From Candidatus Parachristensenella avicola (GTDB lineage Bacteria > Bacillota > Clostridia > Christensenellales > UMGS416), in assembly GCA_904420205.1 (NCBI GenBank), contig CAJFUN010000045.1, positions 4,137 to 68,136 on the forward strand: a stretch of DNA of 64,000 nt. The letters are read 5' to 3'. Below the pieces are notes generated by a model, which saw nothing but the letters and a program-made list of their open reading frames with translations, was not told the DNA's origin and did not search any database. A program made the translations under genes and the position numbers. This document shows, in pieces, positions 18,827 to 27,365 of this stretch (positions are counted from its first letter, which is position 1; each line of letters begins with the position of its first letter).

Positions 18827-20615
18827 AATCAAGCGGATGAAGATGACCGACGACGAAGTGTTGGAAGCGCCGATTAACGCCGCTTATCTGCGCCGTCTGT
18901 TCCGTTACCTAGCGCCCTACAAAAAAAGTGTGGTGATCGCGATCCTATGGATGTTCGTCGCATCGGCTACCAGCCTAGCTTCCCCCTTGCTGATGGGCGA
19001 CGCGGTCGACGCGGTCAACGAGGGGCGGTTTGCCGTCTTGAAATGGTATGCGCTGGCGATGGTCGCTTTCTCCACCATTGCGGCGCTGGCCGTTCGCTTC
19101 AAGGTGCTGCTGATGGATATCGCGGGGCGCAAAGCGCTGGCCACGCTGCGGGAGGATCTATTCAACCACATTCAGCGGCTGGGATTTGATTTCTTCGACA
19201 ACCGCTCGGCCGGCAAAATCATGGTCCGCGTCATCAACGATGTGAACTCGCTGCTAGACCTCTTTGCCAACGGGCTGGTCAATGCCCTGAGCAACGTGCT
19301 GACCGTATTCATGGTCGCAGGACTCATGATTTTCCTGGATTGGCGTCTTGCCCTTGTCTCTTTCTCCGTGCTGCCGCTGCTCTTCGCTTTGATCTTTATC
19401 CTGAAGCCCCACATCTCACGCACCTGGCGTAGAGTCCGTCATAAGATCTCCAACATGAACGGCTATCTGCATGAGTGCCTTTCCGGCGTGCGGGTCACGC
19501 AGGCCTATGTCCGCGAGGAGGAAAACGCCGCGATCTACCGCGAGACCAATACGGACATTCACCGTTCCTGGATGGCGGCCATTCGCATCAATAACTTGTT
19601 CTGGCCTACCTTTGAAATTATCTCCATGCTGGGTTCCATCCTGATCTATTCCTTTGGCGTCCGCTGGATGCAGGATCCTACGATGAATCTGACGGTCGGT
19701 ACGCTGCTGTCGATGATCTGGTATCTGGGCCGCTTCTGGGCGCCGCTCAACGGCTTGGCCAACCTATACAACCAGATTCTTGTCGCAATGGCCTCGTTGG
19801 AGCGCATCTATGACATTATGGACACCCCCATTTCCGTAGACAGCAAACCCGGTGCGCCCGAGATGCCCCCCATCCAGGGCAGGGTTGAATTCGATCATGT
19901 TACCTTCGGCTATGATCCCCAGCAGGTTGTGCTGGATGACGTATCCTTTGTCGCTGAGCCCGGCCAGACCATTGCCTTAGTCGGCCCCACCGGCGCCGGA
20001 AAATCCACCGTTATCAATCTGGTTACACGGTTCTATGACGTGCACAGCGGCGCCGTCAAGGTGGACGGTCATGACGTTCGCGATGTGGAATTGACATCGC
20101 TTCGCCGCCAAATGGGCATTATGCTGCAGGATACCTTTATCTTCTCCGGCACCATCATGGATAACATCCGCTATGGCCGCAAAGACGCTACCGAAGCCGA
20201 GGCCATCGAAGCGGCCAAAGCCGTCCATGCCCACGACTTCATCTTGCGGATGGAGGACGGATACAATACCCAGGTAAACGAGCGCGGTTCCCGGCTATCC
20301 GTGGGGCAGAAGCAGCTCATTGCCTTTGCCCGTGCCCTGCTGGCCGATCCTAAAATTCTGATCCTGGACGAGGCCACGGCCGCCATCGATACCCATACGG
20401 AGATTTTGATTCAGCGTGCGCTGGACGTGCTGCTCAAGAACCGTACTTCTTTCGTGATCGCGCACCGGCTTTCCACGATCCGTTCCGCTGACAACATTAT
20501 GGTAGTGGATCACGGCAAGATCATGGAGGCCGGCACACACGAAGAACTGATGGCCAAGAAGGGTGAATACTATGAACTGACCCGGGCCCAATACCAGTTC
20601 CTGGAGGCGCTGTAG
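18819..20615 (+). CDS. ABC exporter, fused permease/ATPase, subunit 2
   Basis: It overlaps the upstream partner by 8 nt. Motifs are Walker A GPTGAGKST, the signature LSVGQKQL and Walker B LILDEATAAID. Confidence 0.85.
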   Translation: MPRIKRMKMTDDEVLEAPINAAYLRRLFRYLAPYKKSVVIAILWMFVASATSLASPLLMGDAVDAVNEGRFAVLKWYALAMVAFSTIAALAVRFKVLLMDIAGRKALATLREDLFNHIQRLGFDFFDNRSAGKIMVRVINDVNSLLDLFANGLVNALSNVLTVFMVAGLMIFLDWRLALVSFSVLPLLFALIFILKPHISRTWRRVRHKISNMNGYLHECLSGVRVTQAYVREEENAAIYRETNTDIHRSWMAAIRINNLFWPTFEIISMLGSILIYSFGVRWMQDPTMNLTVGTLLSMIWYLGRFWAPLNGLANLYNQILVAMASLERIYDIMDTPISVDSKPGAPEMPPIQGRVEFDHVTFGYDPQQVVLDDVSFVAEPGQTIALVGPTGAGKSTVINLVTRFYDVHSGAVKVDGHDVRDVELTSLRRQMGIMLQDTFIFSGTIMDNIRYGRKDATEAEAIEAAKAVHAHDFILRMEDGYNTQVNERGSRLSVGQKQLIAFARALLADPKILILDEATAAIDTHTEILIQRALDVLLKNRTSFVIAHRLSTIRSADNIMVVDHGKIMEAGTHEELMAKKGEYYELTRAQYQFLEAL

Positions 20616-20647
20616 GGTCCAAATTCCCATACTTCTCCACATAGAGC

Positions 20648-20673
20648 ACCGGCCAAACCTGGCCGGTGTTTTT
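20648..20673 (+). terminator. intrinsic terminator after the ABC pair
   Basis: The stem CACCGGCC-N5-GGCCGGTG is followed by TTTTT. Confidence 0.7.
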
Positions 20674-20695
20674 GAATCAGCCAGCCTACAGGCGC

Positions 20696-20738
20696 AAAAA
20701 AGCAGCCGTTCACCATCAAGTGAATTGGCTGCTTTTCT
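20696..20738. terminator. bidirectional hairpin between convergent genes
   Basis: A6-AGCAGCC..GGCTGCT-TTTCT. It can serve the minus-strand gene that ends at 20822. Confidence 0.5.
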
Positions 20739-20821
20739 CATCCAGTGAAAACTGATGCCGCTAAGTCGAGGCGTCGCGCTTTTTCATCTTCTACCAAGGC
20801 GGCGTGCATCGTTTGGCGGAT

Positions 20822-22003
20822 TTACTTGGCAATCACCAGCGCGCCCGCACAGCTGGCCAGCGGGAAGCGGTAACTGCCATCGTCCTGGCGTTCTGGGATA
20901 ATCTCCCCAGCTCCGTTGATGACCCGCACCTTGCGGTGATCCGCACGGAAATGTACCCATTCCATAGAAGGTGCGGCGTCCATCGGATCGGCGGCGTTGC
21001 AAATCATTAGGGCGTAAGAACCATCGCCGGCCCGGGAAACCATCTGGCCAACCAGCAGGTTGCCGCCTGCCTCTTCACGTACGTCTGCAAAGATGCCTGT
21101 GCTCAAGGACGCAATCGGGTCCTGGTTAACCTTGCTCAGCACTTTATCGCCCTGAAAGCCGACAAAGTGCGTGGATACCCGGCGATAACGCATATATTCA
21201 TCGCCCATGGTATGCAGCTCGGCATTGATCTTCTTGAGCTTATCATACTGCTCGGTCTTTTCCCCCTTCTCATCCAGCACCTGATTATACCACCAGCCTG
21301 CCGTATAGCATCCCCAAATAATATTCTCCGCGCCAAAGGCCATGGCCGAATAGGCCTGGAAACGCAGCTGGTTTTCCGTAATCCATTCCGCTTCGCGGTT
21401 TGAATTTACCTGCAATACGATCCACATGCTTCGTCCCGTACGCAAGCAAGCATCCGAGACGATCCTGAGGTTCTCATAGGCACCTTCAACACTGGCCGAA
21501 TACATATAAAAATCATAACAGATGTAATCGGTCCCCACATGCTGGCAATACTGGGCAATATGCTCGGCATAGGTGGCCGTCCCCAATTGGTTGACGGTCT
21601 CATGAGCCGTATTGACCGCTACGGAGGCATAGTTAGGGTATAGATTCAAATAAGCAAACTGATGAGGGAAGCTGCGATCTACCAAATCCATAACTCGACC
21701 GTAATAAGGAAAATCCAGCGCTGAAGGCTCGTCACCTGCATCGATACCCCAAATGGCTGGATGATCCTCAAAGGTATCGGCAGCAGCCTCATAGCCTGAT
21801 ATTGGATTCATTTCCGCCATTTTGCCGGCGTTGTCGCCGTCGCCGCCCCACCAGCCCGGCAGTATCTGGGTCACGATAGCGCCTACACCATATCGGTGCA
21901 TCCGATCCAGGGCCGGCCTGTCATTCTCCATGCACACGACAAAATCGATCCCGCACTCCTTCACTTCCCTGACATGTCGCTCGTCACGAGCATACGGCGC
22001 CAA
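20822..22003 (-). CDS. TIM-barrel glycoside-hydrolase-like protein (GH42-like pattern), possibly disrupted
   Basis: The track ORF gives 393 aa from TTG 22003, which has no RBS. A strong GGAGG-ATG lies at 22051 in the same frame, but TAG at 22007..22009 intervenes. The body reads GIDAGDEPSALDF..AYLNLYPNYA..YICYDFYMYS. Confidence 0.55.
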   Translation of the reverse strand: MAPYARDERHVREVKECGIDFVVCMENDRPALDRMHRYGVGAIVTQILPGWWGGDGDNAGKMAEMNPISGYEAAADTFEDHPAIWGIDAGDEPSALDFPYYGRVMDLVDRSFPHQFAYLNLYPNYASVAVNTAHETVNQLGTATYAEHIAQYCQHVGTDYICYDFYMYSASVEGAYENLRIVSDACLRTGRSMWIVLQVNSNREAEWITENQLRFQAYSAMAFGAENIIWGCYTAGWWYNQVLDEKGEKTEQYDKLKKINAELHTMGDEYMRYRRVSTHFVGFQGDKVLSKVNQDPIASLSTGIFADVREEAGGNLLVGQMVSRAGDGSYALMICNAADPMDAAPSMEWVHFRADHRKVRVINGAGEIIPERQDDGSYRFPLASCAGALVIAK

Positions 22004-22308
22004 GAACTAGGCGCCAATGTTCAATTTTGAACGATTCATTCGAGTATTCATGCTCAATCCTCCCCGGGCAATTTTATATTCGGTATTTACTTACGGTACA
22101 TAGCATACCATAACCAAGTAAAAAGCACAATATATCATCATGAGATATAAGGGATAAAGGCTGGTTTACACCGCCAATGCATGCCATCGTCTGGCGGCTC
22201 ATTTGTAGCATAGTGACAGAAGGGCGCAGGAAAGGATCGCAATATGAAACGGGGCATACCGCAGCAAGCGGTTATGCCCATTTTTTTATTGATCTGATAA
22301 ACGAGAAT

Positions 22309-22785
22309 TTACGGCTCGAACCCCAGCGCCGTCGCCACTACATAGGCGATCAATACCGGAACGATATACAGCAAAATCTGCAGCGGATTCTTCCCGCCGT
22401 CATACTCCGAGAAGGCCCTGTTGGGGGAGTTGACGTAGTACAACGTAATCGCGGTCGGCGGCTTTAAGCTGGTGGATATAACCTGTTTGGTGCGGCGTAT
22501 TCCATCCACCACGTACTCGTAATTGGCAATATAAACCCGGTTCGTACTCGTGTTTTCTGGCTCCCTGTTTCGGTATCGCAAACTCGTCCTCGTGGCTGTC
22601 AGCAAATGGCCTCGCTGCTTTGCCAGCGCAATCTTCCTATCCGTTCCGGCAAAGAGTATCCCCTTCTTGCAGAGGATTATTTCTATAATAAATGTCGCAA
22701 TTGCGGCGGCCACACCACACCAAAGCGCTGGTCCGTATCCCGCCAGCTCGCTCAGCGCCTCCGCCAGCCCTATCCTGTCTTCCAT
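22309..22785 (-). CDS. hypothetical membrane protein (two terminal TM helices flanking a soluble beta-rich core, DUF3592-like layout)
   Basis: The protein is 158 aa with a GGAGGAGAAAC RBS before the ATG. I see no recognisable catalytic motif. Confidence 0.55.
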   Translation of the reverse strand: MEDRIGLAEALSELAGYGPALWCGVAAAIATFIIEIILCKKGILFAGTDRKIALAKQRGHLLTATRTSLRYRNREPENTSTNRVYIANYEYVVDGIRRTKQVISTSLKPPTAITLYYVNSPNRAFSEYDGGKNPLQILLYIVPVLIAYVVATALGFEP

Positions 22786-23204
22786 GTTTCTCCTCCATCA
22801 ACTGTTTAAAATAAGTATATCACTTATTGAAATTTATAGCAGATACAATTTATGTTTTCCGGCAATTCCGATTTAGCAATCTAGTGCATTCTAAGCAAAA
22901 CATATGCTGAATATTATCACAAGGCACTTCTATTTCCTACTTAAGGCCTGCATTTACTCACCGCCAGCAAGACCGGTATTGCCCGACGTCAGCCGTGCGC
23001 TCTCGCTCTCCACGGGAAACGCTCCAGCGTGCTCCCACTTCGACGCTTTGCGGCAACCAAGAGGTGGAAGCTCTTTTTCAAGGGGTATCCTTTCGGGAGA
23101 AAATTCTTGATAAACCACTGACTGATTGGATAGAGCGTTCCCTTGCGGAAACAAATCGCTTCTCACGCCAGCTTCTACAAAGCCATGTTTTCTCCCGCAT
23201 CGAT

Positions 23205-23237
23205 CAAGAAAAACCGCGGAAGAATTTCCGCGGTTTC
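23205..23237 (-). terminator. intrinsic terminator after the 429-aa membrane gene
   Basis: A 10-bp stem AAACCGCGGA/TCCGCGGTTT is followed on the minus strand by TTTTTCTT. Confidence 0.7.
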
Positions 23238-23249
23238 TTTCTCTACAGC

Positions 23250-24539
23250 CTATATCAAATGCAGCAGCGCTAGGGAAACTGCGCTAAACAGGATCCATAT
23301 TCTGGATGTCTTTCGGCCGGACCACAAGCCATAGAGGCTGGCGATACAGCCGGCAAAAATAACGGTTACAAGCCAGGTGCTCTGCAGACGTAGCGGCGTA
23401 AATCCAAAGCAGCTAATGTAAAGATAGAGTTTGGAAAAGGCAATCACCGCAAACAACACACTTTGGGCCAGTAGGATCGTCGCCATGATTTTGGCAGGCC
23501 GGTGCGCGCGCAGCGGCTGGCTTGCGCTCACCATAACAGCCGCTAAAAGCGTAAAATTCAGCCCCACGATCCAACACAGCTCGAAAAATCCCTGCCGGGC
23601 ATATTGGGCTACCGTAAAATCCGCAGGAAGGGTGTGGGCAAAAGCGCCGAAAAGATAGCCGCCCTGGATCCCGAAGAAAACCATATACAGCAGGACAAAG
23701 CCGCCCATCAGGCCGGTCCAGAGCCCGGATGGCGCACGGCGCAGCGCGGTCACACCGTTGCAGATGGATCGGCCACGATTTTCCAGCAGCGCTGGGTTCT
23801 CCCGCTGCGTTCCTACCACCAGCGCATATAAATATGCGCCAACGGGCAGACTGATGATCAGCCGCAGCACCCACTCCCCCATATGATCGATCCGTATGCG
23901 CTGGAGTAGTCCACCCAGCACGCGATCGAAAGTCGCATCCGCCGACGAAAGCAACGCTAGGGCGCTCCAGAAAAGCAAAACTGCAATTAAAACGGCGGCT
24001 ATCGCGCCGAATCGTCCGTATGCATTTCCTTTCTTCCCTGGCCTGATTGCGTACGCCACCGTATCCCAAAGCACTTGAATTCTAAGAAAAAGCCGCTTGA
24101 ACGGGAAAATAATCAGCGCGTTCATCCCATCCAAAATGAAGAACCGCCCGGTTTCGCCCTCCAGCAGCCTTCCAGAACGTACCAGCACGTAGTATACCGC
24201 GAAAAGGTGCAGAAAGAGCCACGCTTTCTCTCCCCATACATGATTACGCCCGATGAGGCAGCCCAGCACAATGACCCAGAGGCAGCCTAGCCAGAGGACG
24301 CTCTCCCAACTACGCCGCTGCCTTGCATAGGCGAGCTCCGTGCTTATCGTAAATGCCAGCGCAAAGGCGGCCAGGCATAGCGTCCCGCTTTGATAGGCAG
24401 ATATGTCGCAATAGGTATATAATAAAGCCCCCGCATAGCTGACCAAAAGGGCGATACGTTCCCATCGTGCAGGTACCGGCCTTGCCGACGTTTGCCGGTC
24501 GTCCTCCAGCATTGCCTGCTGTTCATGGATTTGGCTCAT
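23250..24539 (-). CDS. large polytopic membrane protein of unknown function (DUF4153-like)
   Basis: The protein is 429 aa with about 12 predicted TM helices. Its start overlaps the stop of the upstream HTH gene by 4 nt (ATGA). Confidence 0.6.
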   Translation of the reverse strand: MSQIHEQQAMLEDDRQTSARPVPARWERIALLVSYAGALLYTYCDISAYQSGTLCLAAFALAFTISTELAYARQRRSWESVLWLGCLWVIVLGCLIGRNHVWGEKAWLFLHLFAVYYVLVRSGRLLEGETGRFFILDGMNALIIFPFKRLFLRIQVLWDTVAYAIRPGKKGNAYGRFGAIAAVLIAVLLFWSALALLSSADATFDRVLGGLLQRIRIDHMGEWVLRLIISLPVGAYLYALVVGTQRENPALLENRGRSICNGVTALRRAPSGLWTGLMGGFVLLYMVFFGIQGGYLFGAFAHTLPADFTVAQYARQGFFELCWIVGLNFTLLAAVMVSASQPLRAHRPAKIMATILLAQSVLFAVIAFSKLYLYISCFGFTPLRLQSTWLVTVIFAGCIASLYGLWSGRKTSRIWILFSAVSLALLHLI

Positions 24540-24790
24540 GTCGCTTGGTCCTCCTTATCTTTTGCTTCCGGATCCGTCTCCTCTCCGTCGTCAATAAACT
24601 CCAACAGCGCTCCCGGTTGGCATTTTAGTTCATGGCACAACGCCATCAGTGTGGAAAAGCGAATCGCCTTAGCCTTATTATTTTTCAAAATCGATAGGTT
24701 GGCTGGTGTAATTCCCACTCGCTCTGCCAGCTCGCCGGCGGATATTTTTCGCTTTGCCATCATCACATCCAGGTTTACGACAATTCTCAT
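24536..24790 (-). CDS. small XRE-family HTH transcriptional regulator (YozG-like)
   Basis: The protein is 84 aa. The HTH reads KISAGELAERVGITPANLSILKNNKAKAIRFSTLMALC, and the tail is acidic. Confidence 0.8.
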   Translation of the reverse strand: MRIVVNLDVMMAKRKISAGELAERVGITPANLSILKNNKAKAIRFSTLMALCHELKCQPGALLEFIDDGEETDPEAKDKEDQAT

Positions 24791-24799
24791 GTCCGCCCC

Positions 24800-25255
24800 C
24801 TATACCGTAAAATCCAGCTCATCCTTCATCGTGATTGCCTGCTCGAAAACATTTTTTACGATGCGGACAATAAGGCCTACAAAACCGGCTGCAATGGCCA
24901 CCAGCATGATAGGCGGCCAATACAAGCTGCTGGCAAAGCAGACCAGGCAGGCCCCAAAGCAGCACCAGCTCGTCATCCGCAGATACCGGACATTTCTTGC
25001 GTCGAACACTACGCCTTTTTGCATATTCCACAGAAGCCTCCACAGCGCAAAAAGCAGCACCCAGGCCAAAGCGCTACAGGCGTATAAAGTTGCCATCAGC
25101 AGCGCGCCGTCCCAAGGCCCACGCAATGTGCGGGCGATCGATAGGGCCCATTGCGTCAGCCAGTATCCGCCAATATCAGCTGCCGTCAGCAGCGCCGCAA
25201 AGGCGATAAGGCACCCCTGCGACAGCTTGACCGATCGATTTTGGTTCCAGTTCAT
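24800..25255 (-). CDS. four-TM membrane protein (DUF2975-like) partnered with the YozG-like HTH
   Basis: The track ORF is 24800..25300. I start the gene at ATG 25255 (AAAGGAG RBS), giving 151 aa. It lies 9 nt upstream of the HTH gene. Confidence 0.6.
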   Translation of the reverse strand: MNWNQNRSVKLSQGCLIAFAALLTAADIGGYWLTQWALSIARTLRGPWDGALLMATLYACSALAWVLLFALWRLLWNMQKGVVFDARNVRYLRMTSWCCFGACLVCFASSLYWPPIMLVAIAAGFVGLIVRIVKNVFEQAITMKDELDFTV

Positions 25256-25320
25256 TGGGCACACTCCTTTCTTTCCCCTATAGGATATCATGCTATACAT
25301 CGTATTTCAATCATTATTTA

Positions 25321-25352
25321 TTGTTTTTCAATAATTTTTTGTTGAAAAACAA
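25321..25352. promoter_or_regulatory. perfect 11-bp inverted repeat, candidate operator
   Basis: TTGTTTTTCAA-N10-TTGAAAAACAA lies about 65 bp upstream of the first gene of the membrane/HTH operon. Confidence 0.4.
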
Positions 25353-25522
25353 ATCCTATGGCAAGCCACCATTCAGCGTCCTATCGATAGTGCACCTCAT
25401 CGAAACAAAAAAGCGCGCATAGAGAGAAACCGCGTTAGGAAGTAGACTTTTCTCTTGTTTCTATGCGCAGGACATGATAGTATTGGATACCGTTTAATTT
25501 TAAAGAAACGAGGGCTTTGTTG

Positions 25523-26017
25523 ATGTGTCTAATCTGTGATCGAATTAAGATGATTCAAAGAGGTGACAATCCTTATTTTGTCAAGGAACTTGAAACTGGT
25601 TATGTTGTTATAGGCGATTTTCAGCACTTCAAAGGATATACTTTATTTCTATGCAAACAACATCAAACGAAATTATTTTATCTCGAACATGATTATAAGT
25701 TGAAATTCCTTGAAGAAATGTCCATTGTCTCGGAAGCTGCATATAAGGCCTTTGGTGCGGATAAAATGAACTGCGAGCTTCTTGGGAACGGAGATGCACA
25801 CCTGCATTGGCATCTCTTTCCAAGATATAACGGCGACCTTGCCGGTTATGAATGCGGCAAAAAGGCTGGCCCTGTATGGTGGTATCCGATAGAAAAAATG
25901 AACGCGCCCGAAGCAAGGCCGTCAGATGATGAACTTGGCCAAATGAAAAACGCATTGTCAAAAGAACTTGATAGGCTGTTACCATTATATCAATCTCAGG
26001 ATTGTGGGAAAGCCTAG
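25523..26017 (+). CDS. HIT-family nucleotide hydrolase/transferase
   Basis: The protein is 164 aa from ATG 25523 (GAGGG RBS). It carries the histidine triad GDAHLHWHLFPR. The gene sits in a visibly AT-rich islet. Confidence 0.8.
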   Translation: MCLICDRIKMIQRGDNPYFVKELETGYVVIGDFQHFKGYTLFLCKQHQTKLFYLEHDYKLKFLEEMSIVSEAAYKAFGADKMNCELLGNGDAHLHWHLFPRYNGDLAGYECGKKAGPVWWYPIEKMNAPEARPSDDELGQMKNALSKELDRLLPLYQSQDCGKA

Positions 26018-26049
26018 GCCTTCATTGCACGAATTGGGATTTATAAAGA

Positions 26050-26107
26050 AAACCCACTATGTCAACTTTCAGTTGTGAAAGTGTCATAGTGGGTTTATAT
26101 TCTTTTT
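26050..26107. terminator. bidirectional terminator between HIT and pduL
   Basis: A 12-bp stem AAACCCACTATG/CATAGTGGGTTT is followed by ATATTCTTTTT, and an A-rich tract lies on the other side. Confidence 0.7.
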
Positions 26108-26187
26108 GTGTGTTCGTCAGGTGACTTTGGGAAACTTCTTTATGAAGCCGCCCTTAACAGCGCGCCTTTGGTTGATCCCATCATCCC

Positions 26188-26766
26188 TTAGCGAACGATA
26201 TGGCCCTGGCAACCCTTGCGGCCAATTAACGCGGCGTTAGCTTCGTCCGTGTCCACATGCATAGCCAGCGCAAACTTGGGGCTCACCCGTACAACGCAGT
26301 CATCAAAGATCAGGGGACGTTCGGTATCCACCCGTACCATCACGATGTCCTTATCCTTGACGCCCATCTCCTCGGCGTCGGCAGGCGTCATGTGGATATG
26401 ACGCTTCGCTACAATCAGGCCCTCCTTCAGCTCTACCTCGCCCGCAGGGCCCTTCAGCGTAATGGGGGCGGAACCCTCCAGGTCGCCGCTCTCGCGCACC
26501 GGACCGACGGCGCCCAACGTGAAGCAATCCGTCAAGGAAACCTCAACCTGGCTCTGGGGACGAACCGGCCCCAGAATGACAACGTTGCTCAGCGTGCGCT
26601 TGGGGCCCACGACCTCGACGCGTTCCTCACATACAAACTGGCCGGGTTGGGAAAGGTCGCGCACATAGGTCAGCGTTTTTCCCGCGCCGAAAAGCTTTTC
26701 CACATCCTCTTGGGTCAGATGCACATGACGAGCAGAAACCTCTACCAGAAATGACTTTTCAGACAT
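26188..26766 (-). CDS. pduL: phosphate propanoyl/acetyl-transferase PduL
   Basis: The track ORF is 26188..26823. I start the gene at ATG 26766 (AAAGGAGG RBS), giving 192 aa. The duplicated PduL repeats are VSARHVHL and VAKRHIHM. Confidence 0.85.
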   Translation of the reverse strand: MSEKSFLVEVSARHVHLTQEDVEKLFGAGKTLTYVRDLSQPGQFVCEERVEVVGPKRTLSNVVILGPVRPQSQVEVSLTDCFTLGAVGPVRESGDLEGSAPITLKGPAGEVELKEGLIVAKRHIHMTPADAEEMGVKDKDIVMVRVDTERPLIFDDCVVRVSPKFALAMHVDTDEANAALIGRKGCQGHIVR

Positions 26767-26852
26767 GATTTGATCCTCCTTTGGTGATAATGCTATTGTG
26801 CCTCTACCGGCCGTCTTTGTCAAGAAGTGCCGGTTTTCGTCATCAGATTTCC

Positions 26853-26884
26853 ATAAAAGAAAGGCCCTACCCAGGCCTTTCTTT
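26853..26884 (-). terminator. intrinsic terminator after rplS
   Basis: On the minus strand, GAAAGGCC-TGGGTA-GGGCCTTTC is followed by TTTTAT. Confidence 0.65.
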
Positions 26885-26891
26885 TATGCGA

Positions 26892-27239
26892 TTAATAGTT
26901 GTTCTTATCCTTGACCTTAGCCGCCTTACCCGTCAGCTCACGCAGATAGTAGAGCTTTGCGCGGCGTACCTTACCGCGGCGAATCACTTTGATTTCCGCA
27001 ATACGGGGGCTGTGCAGGGGGAAGGTACGCTCCACGCCCACGCCATAGGAGGTGCGGCGCACCGTAAAGGTTTCACGGATAGAACCATTGTGGCGGGCAA
27101 TGACCACGCCCTCGTAAGCCTGCAGGCGTTCGCGGGTGCCTTCAACGACTTTCACTTCGACGCGCACGGTATCGCCAATGCGGAAATCGGGGATATCCGT
27201 ACGAAGCTGTTCCTGTTCGATAGTGCGAATATCAATCAT
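26892..27239 (-). CDS. rplS: 50S ribosomal protein L19
   Basis: The protein is 115 aa and reads [44 protein letters not shown]. Confidence 0.95.
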   Translation of the reverse strand: MIDIRTIEQEQLRTDIPDFRIGDTVRVEVKVVEGTRERLQAYEGVVIARHNGSIRETFTVRRTSYGVGVERTFPLHSPRIAEIKVIRRGKVRRAKLYYLRELTGKAAKVKDKNNY

Positions 27240-27365
27240 GGGGATCCTCCTTCATCATAGACGTTCATGCCAGCTTAGCAGAGGACCGTCCGTGTTCACA
27301 ACAAGCATTATTTTAGCAGAAATTCAGGCCAAGCGCAAGGGGAATTTCAGTGATTTGCCGACGAA

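Noticed and set aside
22007-22009. Pyrrolysine or other recoding as the explanation for the in-frame TAG
   Set aside because: No pyl genes or methylamine methyltransferases are in the window, and the host protein is a glycosidase-like enzyme. A nonsense mutation or a base-call error is far more likely. I keep this only as something to exclude.
22981-23040. THF-riboswitch-like string: the minus strand contains GAGAGCGAGAGCGCACGG, resembling a GCGAGAGCGCGG segment I recall from a THF aptamer
   Set aside because: Only this one short stretch matches. The partner strands (GAGUAG, CGCGUU) and the pseudoknot elements are absent, and no folate gene lies downstream.
22995-23273. 92-aa plus-strand ORF in the 22.8-23.2 kb spacer
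   Set aside because: It has a GTG start without an RBS. It reads straight through the terminator hairpin at 23205..23237 and into the 3' end of the convergent membrane gene.
27240-27365. Possible L19 autoregulatory leader between trmD and rplS (hairpin GAAATTC-N16-GAATTTC at 27319..27348)
   Set aside because: A single 7-bp hairpin is not enough. I cannot recall the family consensus well enough to claim it, so it needs an Rfam scan.
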